Origin: an uncultured Prevotella sp.
GTDB lineage: Bacteria > Bacteroidota > Bacteroidia > Bacteroidales > Bacteroidaceae
DNA length: 64,000 bases
Assembly (NCBI GenBank): GCA_900315035.1
Contig: OMXO01000004.1
Coordinates: forward strand, 6,129 to 70,128
Direction: 5' to 3'
Program-made: the position numbers and the translations under genes
The notes under the pieces: generated by a model
Database searches by the model: none
What the model was told of the DNA's origin: nothing
Seen by the model: the letters and a program-made list of their open reading frames with translations, nothing else
Shown here: positions 45,933 through 53,903 of the stretch, piece by piece
Layout: every line of letters starts with the position of its first letter
How positions within the stretch are numbered: the first letter of the stretch is position 1

Positions 45933-46982
45933 TCAGCCTTCCCGATAGAAATCGAGGGCTTCGTAGATGTCGTCTTTGCACGCTGTCTGGTTGATGCGGA
46001 TATCACCGATACCACCCAGCAGGGTGAAATTGATATCGTTGCCCACATTCTTCTTGTCGTGCGTCATCAGTTCGAGCAGGGTGGGATAGTCATCACAGGT
46101 GAAGGTCAACTTTCCATAGTGCTCCTGAATGAAACGTACTGTCTGTCGCATCTTGTCTGTGGGAAATCCCGTCTTGACGCAACTCAGGTAAAGTTCACAG
46201 ATCAGTCCATATGCTACAGCATAGCCGTGCAGTATCGGTTTATGAGCCAGTGCGAATGATTCGAAAGCATGTCCGATGGTATGCCCCAGATTCAAGGCCT
46301 TGCGGATACCTTTCTCTGTTGGATCCTCTGTCACGATGCGCTCTTTCACAGCCACGCTGTTGGCCACCATCAGGCTGAGTTGCTGCAGATTAGGGTGTTC
46401 CAAGTCGAAATTCATGAGCTCTGCCCACATTTGCTCTGTGGAGATGAGCCCGTGCTTCAGCATCTCTGCATAGCCCGAACGGATATTTTCTGCGTCGAGG
46501 GTCTTTAGGAACTGGGTGTCGAGAATGACTGTATTCGCATTGTTAAACACACCGATCTCATTTTTCAGACCTCTGAAGTTGATGCCTGTCTTTCCGCCAA
46601 CACTGGCATCTACCATCGATAGCAGGGTAGTGGGCACATTAATATAGTTGATACCGCGCTTGAAGGTCGAGGCTGCAAAGCCTCCCAGGTCTGTCACCAT
46701 ACCACCGCCTATATTTATTAATAAGGTGTGGCGCGTGGCACCGCCTGTACCCAGTTCTTCCCAGACGTGAGTCAGCGATTCGAGCGTCTTGTGGACATCT
46801 GTCGCACCAATGGTGATACGCTTAGCACCCTGTAGTGCGGCAAACCCTTCAACAACTGGCAGACAGCAACGCACCGTCGTTTCATCGGCTAAGATAAACA
46901 CGCGATCATGCGCACAAAGACTTATCGCTTCAGTCAGTGACTGCTCGAGATTTTCTGCAATGACAATCTTTTGTCGGTTCAT
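45933..46982 (-). CDS. aroB: 3-dehydroquinate synthase
   Basis: The ATG at 46982 gives MNRQKIVIAENLEQ. Motif IGGGMVTDLGGFAAS and His-rich metal-site region LNLGHTIGHAFE. Confidence 0.85.
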   Translation of the reverse strand: MNRQKIVIAENLEQSLTEAISLCAHDRVFILADETTVRCCLPVVEGFAALQGAKRITIGATDVHKTLESLTHVWEELGTGGATRHTLLINIGGGMVTDLGGFAASTFKRGINYINVPTTLLSMVDASVGGKTGINFRGLKNEIGVFNNANTVILDTQFLKTLDAENIRSGYAEMLKHGLISTEQMWAELMNFDLEHPNLQQLSLMVANSVAVKERIVTEDPTEKGIRKALNLGHTIGHAFESFALAHKPILHGYAVAYGLICELYLSCVKTGFPTDKMRQTVRFIQEHYGKLTFTCDDYPTLLELMTHDKKNVGNDINFTLLGGIGDIRINQTACKDDIYEALDFYREG

Positions 46983-47024
46983 GAATACTATGGTTACTGG
47001 TCTTGTCAGTTGATTTTTGCGGTG

Positions 47025-47032
47025 CAAAGATA
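47025..47032 (-). promoter_or_regulatory. -7 box TAnnTTTG
   Basis: Minus-strand TAtcTTTG, 42 nt upstream of the aroB ATG at 46982. Confidence 0.45.
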
Positions 47033-47080
47033 CGATTTTTATTTGAATGGCGAAAAGAAAATGGAAAAAATTTGAACTTC

Positions 47081-47112
47081 GGTTAAACTTTTCTTTCCTT
47101 TCTGCGTCAAAT
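47081..47112 (+). promoter_or_regulatory. ECF/RpoE-type promoter candidate (second copy of the motif)
   Basis: The sequence is GGTTAAACTTTTCTTTCCTTTCTGCGTCAAAT, lying 15 nt upstream of the outer-membrane barrel gene ATG. It shares GGTTAAACTTTT, CCTT and CGTCAAAT at identical spacing with 5911-5942. Confidence 0.5.
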
Positions 47113-47126
47113 GAGCAATTAATCGC

Positions 47127-50090
47127 ATGAGTAGATCAATGAAAAAAGTAATTCTCATGACTGTCGCATTGTTAATGACAGTCACGATGTTCGCCCAGAG
47201 AACAGTATCGGGCAAGGTTGTTGAACAGGATACGCAAGAGGCTGTCATTCAAGCGACGGCTGCCATCCTCAGTGGTGAGAAAGTGGTAGCAAACGCGGTG
47301 ACGAATTCAAATGGTAGTTTCTCCTTCAAGGCGCCTCGCGATGGCAACTATACCCTTAAGATTACGTATGTAGGTTTCAAGACCTATAGTAAGAAAATCT
47401 CCATTAAGGACGGTAAGGATTATCATGCAGGCACCATTACGCTTGAGCCCGATGCTATCATGCTGAAGGGCGCCACAGTAACGGCTCATGCCTCGAAGGT
47501 AACCCTTAAGGCTGACACCTTTATGTATAACGCGAGCGCGTTCCGTACACCCGAAGGCTCGGTTGTAGAGGAACTCGTCAAGCGTCTGCCAGGTGCCGAG
47601 GTGAGCGACGACGGAACCATCAAGATTAATGGTAAAGAGGTCAAGAAAATCCTCGTCGATGGCAAGGAATTTATGACGGGCGACACGAAGACTGCCCTCC
47701 AGAACTTGCCTACGAACATCATCGAGCGCATCAAGGCTTATGACCAGCAGAGCGACCTTTCTCGTGTCAGCGGTATTCAGGACGGTGAGGAAGAAACGGT
47801 GCTCGACTTTGGTATCAAGCGTGGTATGAACAAAGGTATTATGGCCAATGTCGATCTCGCCGCAGGAACGAAGCATCGCTATTCTGGTCGAGGAATGGGA
47901 GCAGTGATGCAGAACAATACCCGCGTGATGCTTTTTGCCCGTGCTAACAATGTCAACGATATGGGCTTTCCAGGTGGCGGTGGTGGAGGCCGATGGGGTC
48001 AGCAGCGACAAGGATTGAACGCAGCCAAGATGCTTGGTGTTAACTTCAACTATGAGAATAAAGATAAACTGAAGTTTGATGGTAGCATACGCTGGAACCA
48101 TTCCGATGGAGACCAACTCTCTCGTCGCTCCAGTCAGCAAATCTATGATGCTACCACCACTGTGTTTAGCAACAGCCGTACTCAGAACTATACGCGCTCC
48201 AACAACTGGAACGGACAAATGCGTATCGAGTGGCAGCCCGACTCGATGACCAACATCCTGTTCCGTCCCACCTTCCGCTATAATTCAAACGACGGTCTCG
48301 ACCTCAGCGAAGAGGCCACTTTCGACAAAGATCCCTACCAGTCGGCCGTCAATCCGCTTGATGAACTCTATAACCTCATCAATCTTGGCATCGTTAAGAA
48401 CTCACGTGAGCAGAACAACGTCAGTTATAGCGACTCAAAAAATCTGGGTGGAATGCTCCAGTTCAACCGTAAACTCAGTTCTACAGGTCGTAACCTGACC
48501 CTTCAACTCAACGGTAACTGGAGCGAGGGAGAAAGTCGCTCGATCAACGATAGTTACGTGCGCTTCTTCCAGTTGGCAAAGGACTCCTCTTACAACACGC
48601 GCCGCTATAGTTTCACTCCGACAAAGAACTGGAACTATCGTGCCCGCATCACCTATAGCGAGCCCATCTTCCGTCAGGTATATCTGCAGTTTATCTACCA
48701 GTTCCGCTATGATTACACCAAGAACGACCGCAGTACTTACGACTTCAGCAATGTGCCTGCTATCCAAAATCTTGTCATCGGTAATCTCTGGGAGCCCGAA
48801 TATCGCTCTTGGGATGCCTATTTGCAGCCTTACCAGCCTATCGACCCCTATCGCGATAGCAACCTGAGTCGTTTCTCTGAATACAAAAACTATACACATA
48901 ATATCGAACTGATGTTGCGCGTTGTGCGCAAGACGTTTAATTTCAACGTCGGTGTGCGCCTTGTTCCTCAGAAGTCACACTTCCTGCAGGACTATCAGGG
49001 GCATCATGCCGATACCACACGTACGGTTACCAATATCACACCTACTCTCGACTTCCGCTGGAAGCGCTCCGAGGTCAGCCAGCTGCGCGTGCAGTATAAT
49101 GCCAACACCAGCCAGCCTTCGATGAACGACCTGCTCGATATCACCGACAATAGCGACCCACTGAACATCCGTAAGGGTAACCCTGGTCTGAAGCCCTCGT
49201 TCACTCAGAACCTGCGTATCTTCTACAACAACTATACCCAGCGCTATCAGCGCTCTATCGCCACATGGGCAGGCTTGAACACCACGAGCAATGCTATCAG
49301 CAACAAGGTAACGCTCGACAAGACTACTGGTGCCCGCATCACGAGACCTGAGAATATCAACGGCAACTGGAGCGGCTATGCAGGTATGGTCTTCAACACC
49401 GCCCTCGATTCGGCTGCCTTCTTCAATGTGAACAGTTTTACCAATGTGGGCTACAACCATTACGTGGGTTATGCTAGTGTCGATATCAGCAAAGAGTCGC
49501 AAAAGAGTGTTACTAATTCGCTCAACCTTAGCGAGCGACTGGCAGCCAGTTATCGTAACGAGTGGCTCGAGGTGGAACTCAACGGTTCCGTAGGTTATAC
49601 CCGCTCACGTAACGATCTGCAGGAGAATAATAACCTCGACACATGGCAGTTCTCCTATGGTGGCATGATTGGCGTTACTGCACCTTGGGGTACTGCTCTC
49701 ACTACTAATATGAACATGCAGAGTCGTCGCGGCTACAACGATGCTTCGCTGAATACCAACGAACTTATCTGGAATGCTCAGTTGTCGCAGAGTTTCCTCA
49801 AGGGTAAACCCCTTACCATTTCGCTGCAACTCTACGATATCCTTCATCAGCAGTCCACGCTTAGCAGCGTTATCTCGGCTATGGGTCGTACCGATACGGA
49901 GTATAACTCCATCACGAGTTATGCTATGCTTCATGTCATCTATCGCCTGAATCTCTTCGGAAGCTCCAAGAGTATCTTCGGCAACGGTGGTCCTGGAGGT
50001 CCTGGAGGACCTGGTGGTCGTCAGGGCGGTCGTCAGGGCGGTGGTCGCCCAGGTGGCTTCGGGGGTGGCGGAGGAGGTCGTCGCTGGTAA
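47127..50090 (+). CDS. Outer-membrane beta-barrel family protein with a CarboxypepD_reg-like N-terminus and a Gly-rich C-terminal tail
   Basis: 987 aa with a signal peptide. N-terminal RTVSGKVVEQDTQEAV...GNYTLKITYVGFK, a plug-like region (GTIKINGKEVKKILVDGKEF), and a long beta-rich body. The tail is GGPGGPGGPGGRQGGRQGGGRPGGFGGGGGGRRW. An alternative start lies at 47139. Confidence 0.75.
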   Translation: MSRSMKKVILMTVALLMTVTMFAQRTVSGKVVEQDTQEAVIQATAAILSGEKVVANAVTNSNGSFSFKAPRDGNYTLKITYVGFKTYSKKISIKDGKDYHAGTITLEPDAIMLKGATVTAHASKVTLKADTFMYNASAFRTPEGSVVEELVKRLPGAEVSDDGTIKINGKEVKKILVDGKEFMTGDTKTALQNLPTNIIERIKAYDQQSDLSRVSGIQDGEEETVLDFGIKRGMNKGIMANVDLAAGTKHRYSGRGMGAVMQNNTRVMLFARANNVNDMGFPGGGGGGRWGQQRQGLNAAKMLGVNFNYENKDKLKFDGSIRWNHSDGDQLSRRSSQQIYDATTTVFSNSRTQNYTRSNNWNGQMRIEWQPDSMTNILFRPTFRYNSNDGLDLSEEATFDKDPYQSAVNPLDELYNLINLGIVKNSREQNNVSYSDSKNLGGMLQFNRKLSSTGRNLTLQLNGNWSEGESRSINDSYVRFFQLAKDSSYNTRRYSFTPTKNWNYRARITYSEPIFRQVYLQFIYQFRYDYTKNDRSTYDFSNVPAIQNLVIGNLWEPEYRSWDAYLQPYQPIDPYRDSNLSRFSEYKNYTHNIELMLRVVRKTFNFNVGVRLVPQKSHFLQDYQGHHADTTRTVTNITPTLDFRWKRSEVSQLRVQYNANTSQPSMNDLLDITDNSDPLNIRKGNPGLKPSFTQNLRIFYNNYTQRYQRSIATWAGLNTTSNAISNKVTLDKTTGARITRPENINGNWSGYAGMVFNTALDSAAFFNVNSFTNVGYNHYVGYASVDISKESQKSVTNSLNLSERLAASYRNEWLEVELNGSVGYTRSRNDLQENNNLDTWQFSYGGMIGVTAPWGTALTTNMNMQSRRGYNDASLNTNELIWNAQLSQSFLKGKPLTISLQLYDILHQQSTLSSVISAMGRTDTEYNSITSYAMLHVIYRLNLFGSSKSIFGNGGPGGPGGPGGRQGGRQGGGRPGGFGGGGGGRRW

Positions 50091-50126
50091 ACACAAAAAC
50101 TCAACATATAGATCTCAAATGGGAGA

Positions 50127-50158
50127 GGGAACTTGCTCATCAGCAGGTCCCCTTTTTT
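50127..50158 (+). terminator. Intrinsic terminator of the outer-membrane barrel gene
   Basis: GGGAACTTGCT-CATC-AGCAGGTCCCC pairs at 10 of 11 positions including one G-U, followed by T6. Confidence 0.6.
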
Positions 50159-50220
50159 GATGGTTTTTATGAAGATATGTTAAAATGTGTACAAATTGTT
50201 AATAATTAGGGAAAATTGCT

Positions 50221-50228
50221 TATCTTTG
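50221..50228 (+). promoter_or_regulatory. -7 box TAnnTTTG upstream of the SLC13 remnant (and possibly the STAS operon)
   Basis: TAtcTTTG, 27 nt upstream of nt 50256. No other box was seen before 50821. Confidence 0.4.
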
Positions 50229-50255
50229 AACTCAAATTTCTAATCTGATTGGATA

Positions 50256-50795
50256 TTGGGATTGCTCTGTGACATATTCATATTGTGGGGTCTCGGAATA
50301 GACGCTTGGATTACCATCATCACCGTGGTGGCAGTTGTCGCTGTGATGCTGATGACGAAGGTAAGAGCCGATGCCGTGATGCTCATCGCTATCGGGGTGC
50401 TTTTTGCCACGGGCGTACTCGATGCCAAAGAGATGTGCTCGGGCTTTAGCGCAGGCACAGTCGTGGTGACCGGTGTTCTGGCTGCTGCTCGTCGTGGAAA
50501 GCGCATTGAGGCTCCCCTCGTGAGGTACCGCTTCAAGCGGGCGATACATTACTTTTCGAGAGCCCGCGCAAGACGAATATCTTTACCGGAAACCTTGCGT
50601 CGATGTTGCAATTCTCTGATTGCTGCCAACGCCTCGTACGCCACACCTATTGCAGCATCGCCCAACATGTTGGTCTATGGTCCTGGCGGGTATCGCTTCA
50701 CCGACTATATGCGCATTGGTATTCCTCTGACCATTATCATCACCATTACTGGTGTCACGGCTGTGGTCTTGGCATATCCGCTTGTAAAACTATAA
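50256..50795 (+). pseudogene. Remnant of an SLC13/DASS-type permease with the internal ~70 percent of the gene missing
   Basis: A 179-aa ORF joins an N-terminal permease-like segment to the extreme C-terminal family motif. The N-terminal segment is AWITIITVVAVVAVMLMTKVRADAVMLIAIGVLFATGVLDAKEMCSGFSAGTVVV. The C-terminal motif is NASYATPIAASPNMLVYGPGGYRFTDYMRIGIPL. The linker between them is Arg-rich and does not look membrane-like. As I recall, family members are about 600 aa. Confidence 0.5.
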
Positions 50796-50820
50796 TGTCA
50801 ATTGAATAATAAGATAAAGA

Positions 50821-51132
50821 ATGATAAAGGATTATGAAATAATAAGGGATGGTCCGGTACTGACCATTGTACTGGGCGAAGAATTGGCAACAGGCAATGC
50901 GCCGGCATTGATGGAAGAGGTGGCTGGATATAAAGAACAAGGGTTTGAGAAAGTGGTGTTCGACGCCACAAGACTGAGACACCTTTCGAGTAGTGGAGTG
51001 CGCGTTATCATTTTCTGCAAGCAGAGGTTGGGCAAGAGCCCCGAACTCGTGTTTGTGAACTGCGATAATGGTGTGCTTGACGTATTAGACATTGTCGGTC
51101 TCCGACCATTCATCACTTTTGTGGAACGGTAA
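50821..51132 (+). CDS. STAS-domain protein (anti-sigma-factor antagonist, SpoIIAA/RsbV-like)
   Basis: 103 aa. STAS-like layout with the phospho-loop context FDATRLRHLSSSGVRVIIF. Confidence 0.75.
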   Translation: MIKDYEIIRDGPVLTIVLGEELATGNAPALMEEVAGYKEQGFEKVVFDATRLRHLSSSGVRVIIFCKQRLGKSPELVFVNCDNGVLDVLDIVGLRPFITFVER

Positions 51133-51172
51133 GAGTGACTGATCAAGATAACTTGACTAAAATTGGAAAAAG

Positions 51173-52339
51173 ATGGCTGTAATTAAGATATTGAGCGTCG
51201 ATGATGAGGCGCCTATGGAGTTGCTGATGAAGCAGTATTTCAGGCACAAGATACGTAATGGCGAGTATGAATTTTACTTTGCACGTAACGGTGTGGAGGC
51301 ACTTGATCTCCTGAACAGCACACCCGGCATTGAAATCATACTCTTAGACATCAATATGCCAGAGATGGATGGTCTGACGTTGTTGGCCAAGGTGAACGAG
51401 ATGCACAATCCCTTGTTGCGCGTCATCATGGTGAGTGCTTATGGCGATTTGTCCAACATCCGGCAAGCCATGAACAATGGTGCCTTCGACTTTGTCATGA
51501 AGCCTATTGACATGAACGATCTCAGCGTGACTATCGAGAAGGCCATTGAACAAATCAACTATGTCTATGAGTCGCAGAGGGAACACGCACAATTGGAGTC
51601 GCTGAAGCAAGACTTGACGACAGCCAACAGTATTCAGCAGTATTTTCTGCCACAACAGTTCCCGCCTTTCCCCGAAGTCAGTGATCATCTGAATGTGTTT
51701 GCTTCGATGGAGGCAGCAAAGAATATCGGTGGCGATTTCTATGATTTTTTCCGGGTGGATGATGACCACATCGCTTTCGTCATCGGTGATGTCTGCGGAA
51801 AAGGTATTCCCGCAGCGCTGTTTATGGCATTCTGTTGTAGTACCATACGGTCAAAAGGTGTGCTCTTCAAGAGTGCTCGCGAAAGTATAACGGAATCGAA
51901 CCGTCTGTTGGCATCATACTCGGTAGATTGCATGTTCGTAACCGTGTTCTACGCCATTTACAACACGAAGACCGGACAGGTCGATTGTTGTAATGCCGGC
52001 CATAACCCGCCTCTTTTGCTACGGCGTGACGGTAGTGTGGAAGAGCTGCTCCGATTAGAGAATCCAATGCTGGGCATATTCGAGGAGGCAACGTTCAAGG
52101 AGCACTCCTTGCAAATGGAGCCAGGCGACACATTGGTGATGTTTACCGACGGTGTGACCGAGGCCTGGAATGCCCAAAAAGAGGAACTGGGCGTAGAACG
52201 GTTAAAGGCCATCGTTAGCAGTCAGACGGGCAAGGACAGTCGACAAGTGGTAGAAGCGGTGAAGGCAGCCATCAGCGACTTTGTTGGCGAAGAGGAACAG
52301 AGCGACGATATCACGATGCTGGTCATCAATAGAAAATAG
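51173..52339 (+). CDS. Response-regulator receiver fused to a PP2C (SpoIIE/RsbU-type) phosphatase
   Basis: 388 aa. REC residues VDDE, LLDINMPEMDG and VMKP. PP2C motifs GGDFYDFF, IGDVCGKGIPAALFM, FTDGVTEA and SDDITMLVI. Confidence 0.85.
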   Translation: MAVIKILSVDDEAPMELLMKQYFRHKIRNGEYEFYFARNGVEALDLLNSTPGIEIILLDINMPEMDGLTLLAKVNEMHNPLLRVIMVSAYGDLSNIRQAMNNGAFDFVMKPIDMNDLSVTIEKAIEQINYVYESQREHAQLESLKQDLTTANSIQQYFLPQQFPPFPEVSDHLNVFASMEAAKNIGGDFYDFFRVDDDHIAFVIGDVCGKGIPAALFMAFCCSTIRSKGVLFKSARESITESNRLLASYSVDCMFVTVFYAIYNTKTGQVDCCNAGHNPPLLLRRDGSVEELLRLENPMLGIFEEATFKEHSLQMEPGDTLVMFTDGVTEAWNAQKEELGVERLKAIVSSQTGKDSRQVVEAVKAAISDFVGEEEQSDDITMLVINRK

Positions 52340-52376
52340 ATTAAAGGTGAAGTTACACAAGACGATCGTAGGAGGT

Positions 52377-53885
52377 ATGAGCGTGCTGTTGCTGTTGTTG
52401 GCGGGGGCAGTGGTCTTTATACGCCAGAGCGATGAGGCGCGCATTGGTGAACTGGAGTCGCAGATCGATGAACTGCGGCGGCAGGAGAAACAGTCGGATG
52501 TCGATCGTCGTGTGAGCCAACAGATGGAGGAGATAGCCTACGGTCAGCAGATTTTGGCCGAGGAGCGAAGCGATGAAGCCGTCCGCCAGTCGAAGATAGC
52601 CCAGGAGATGACTCTCCGGTCGGAGGCCGAGCGACAGAAAGCCATCGTGGCACAGGGAATTGCGGAAACGTCTGCCCAAGAGGCGAAGAATGCTTACCAC
52701 ATAGCCGAGCGTCGGCGTGTAGAGGCCGAGCATGCCAAATTAGTGGCCGACACCCTGAATTATATATCTCTTGGGCGAACATTAGGTTCGCAGGCGTATG
52801 CCATCTATCAGGCTGGCGATACAGAGATGGGCAACATGCTGGCCTATGCTGCTTATCGTTTCACCATCGATTACGGTGGCAATCTCTTTATACCCGCTGT
52901 GTTCCAGGCTCTCACGCAGTCGGCTGGCGGTCATCGCAGTTTTGGTGTCCACAATGGTAGCGTTTCCTGCATAAAGATCTCTCCTTACGACAATCATATC
53001 TTGACTGCGAGCACCTATGGCGAGATATTCGTTCACAACATGAATGGTACCCAGTTGCAGACCAAACGACTGATGAGCGACAAGAACTACTGCTTCCGCG
53101 ACGGCTATGCATCCAAGAATGGTAAAGACTATGTCATCAGTCATTCGGGACATCTGCTGGTTGCCGATGGTCATCAGATACGTGTCATCTATTTAGAGAA
53201 TATCGACCGTCCCTTCAGTCTGCAAGACATCCACGATGGTCGTCAACTCTTGATCGTCGGCGAGCATAGTGTCGGTCTGTTCGATTTGGCCACCGAGAAA
53301 GTCATCAGCACGCGTCGCCTCGATTTCCGTGTCGTCAGTGTTGGTAGGCGCGACAATAAACCTCTGCTTTTCGACAATCGCAGTCGCATGCATCTTGTCA
53401 GCAGTCTTGACGATGTGACTCGTGAGAAGGTCCCCGTTTCTGGCCAGGTCACGGCTTTTGTCAGGAACAACAGCAATCGGCTCTCAGCCTACGGAATGGC
53501 CGACGGTACCATTTGGCTGGTCGAGGGGAACGGCAAGGCAAATAAGTTGGTCGGACATCTCTCACAAGTGACGAGACTGGAGTTTGATGGATACCGGCTC
53601 TACTCTTCGAGTTATGACGGGAAACTGTTGTTCTGGATGGTCAATGATCCTCAGATAAAGCCCATCACTCTGTTCCAGGCCAGTAGTTGGCTCAACGATT
53701 TCACCTTCACGAAAGACAAGAGTTACATCTGGACGGGCGAATACAACGGCACAGTCTCCGAGTATCTTATTTCGCTGTCTAGGATTGCCCAACGCCTCCG
53801 CCAGAACGTGAAACGCAATTTCACACCAGAAGAGTGGAACTACTATGTGGGGGAGGGAATACCGTATCTGAAAATTAAAATGTAA
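52377..53885 (+). CDS. Membrane-anchored coiled-coil protein with a WD40-like beta-propeller
   Basis: The ATG at 52377 is preceded by AGGAGG; alternative in-frame starts are GTG 52347 and TTG 52281. TM segment SVLLLLLAGAVVFI, then about 110 aa of coiled coil (ELESQIDELRRQEKQ...). Propeller repeats follow, e.g. GHLSQVTRLEFDGYRLYSSSYDGKLLFW. Confidence 0.65.
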   Translation: MSVLLLLLAGAVVFIRQSDEARIGELESQIDELRRQEKQSDVDRRVSQQMEEIAYGQQILAEERSDEAVRQSKIAQEMTLRSEAERQKAIVAQGIAETSAQEAKNAYHIAERRRVEAEHAKLVADTLNYISLGRTLGSQAYAIYQAGDTEMGNMLAYAAYRFTIDYGGNLFIPAVFQALTQSAGGHRSFGVHNGSVSCIKISPYDNHILTASTYGEIFVHNMNGTQLQTKRLMSDKNYCFRDGYASKNGKDYVISHSGHLLVADGHQIRVIYLENIDRPFSLQDIHDGRQLLIVGEHSVGLFDLATEKVISTRRLDFRVVSVGRRDNKPLLFDNRSRMHLVSSLDDVTREKVPVSGQVTAFVRNNSNRLSAYGMADGTIWLVEGNGKANKLVGHLSQVTRLEFDGYRLYSSSYDGKLLFWMVNDPQIKPITLFQASSWLNDFTFTKDKSYIWTGEYNGTVSEYLISLSRIAQRLRQNVKRNFTPEEWNYYVGEGIPYLKIKM

Positions 53886-53903
53886 TAATAGTAAGCAGGT
53901 AAA

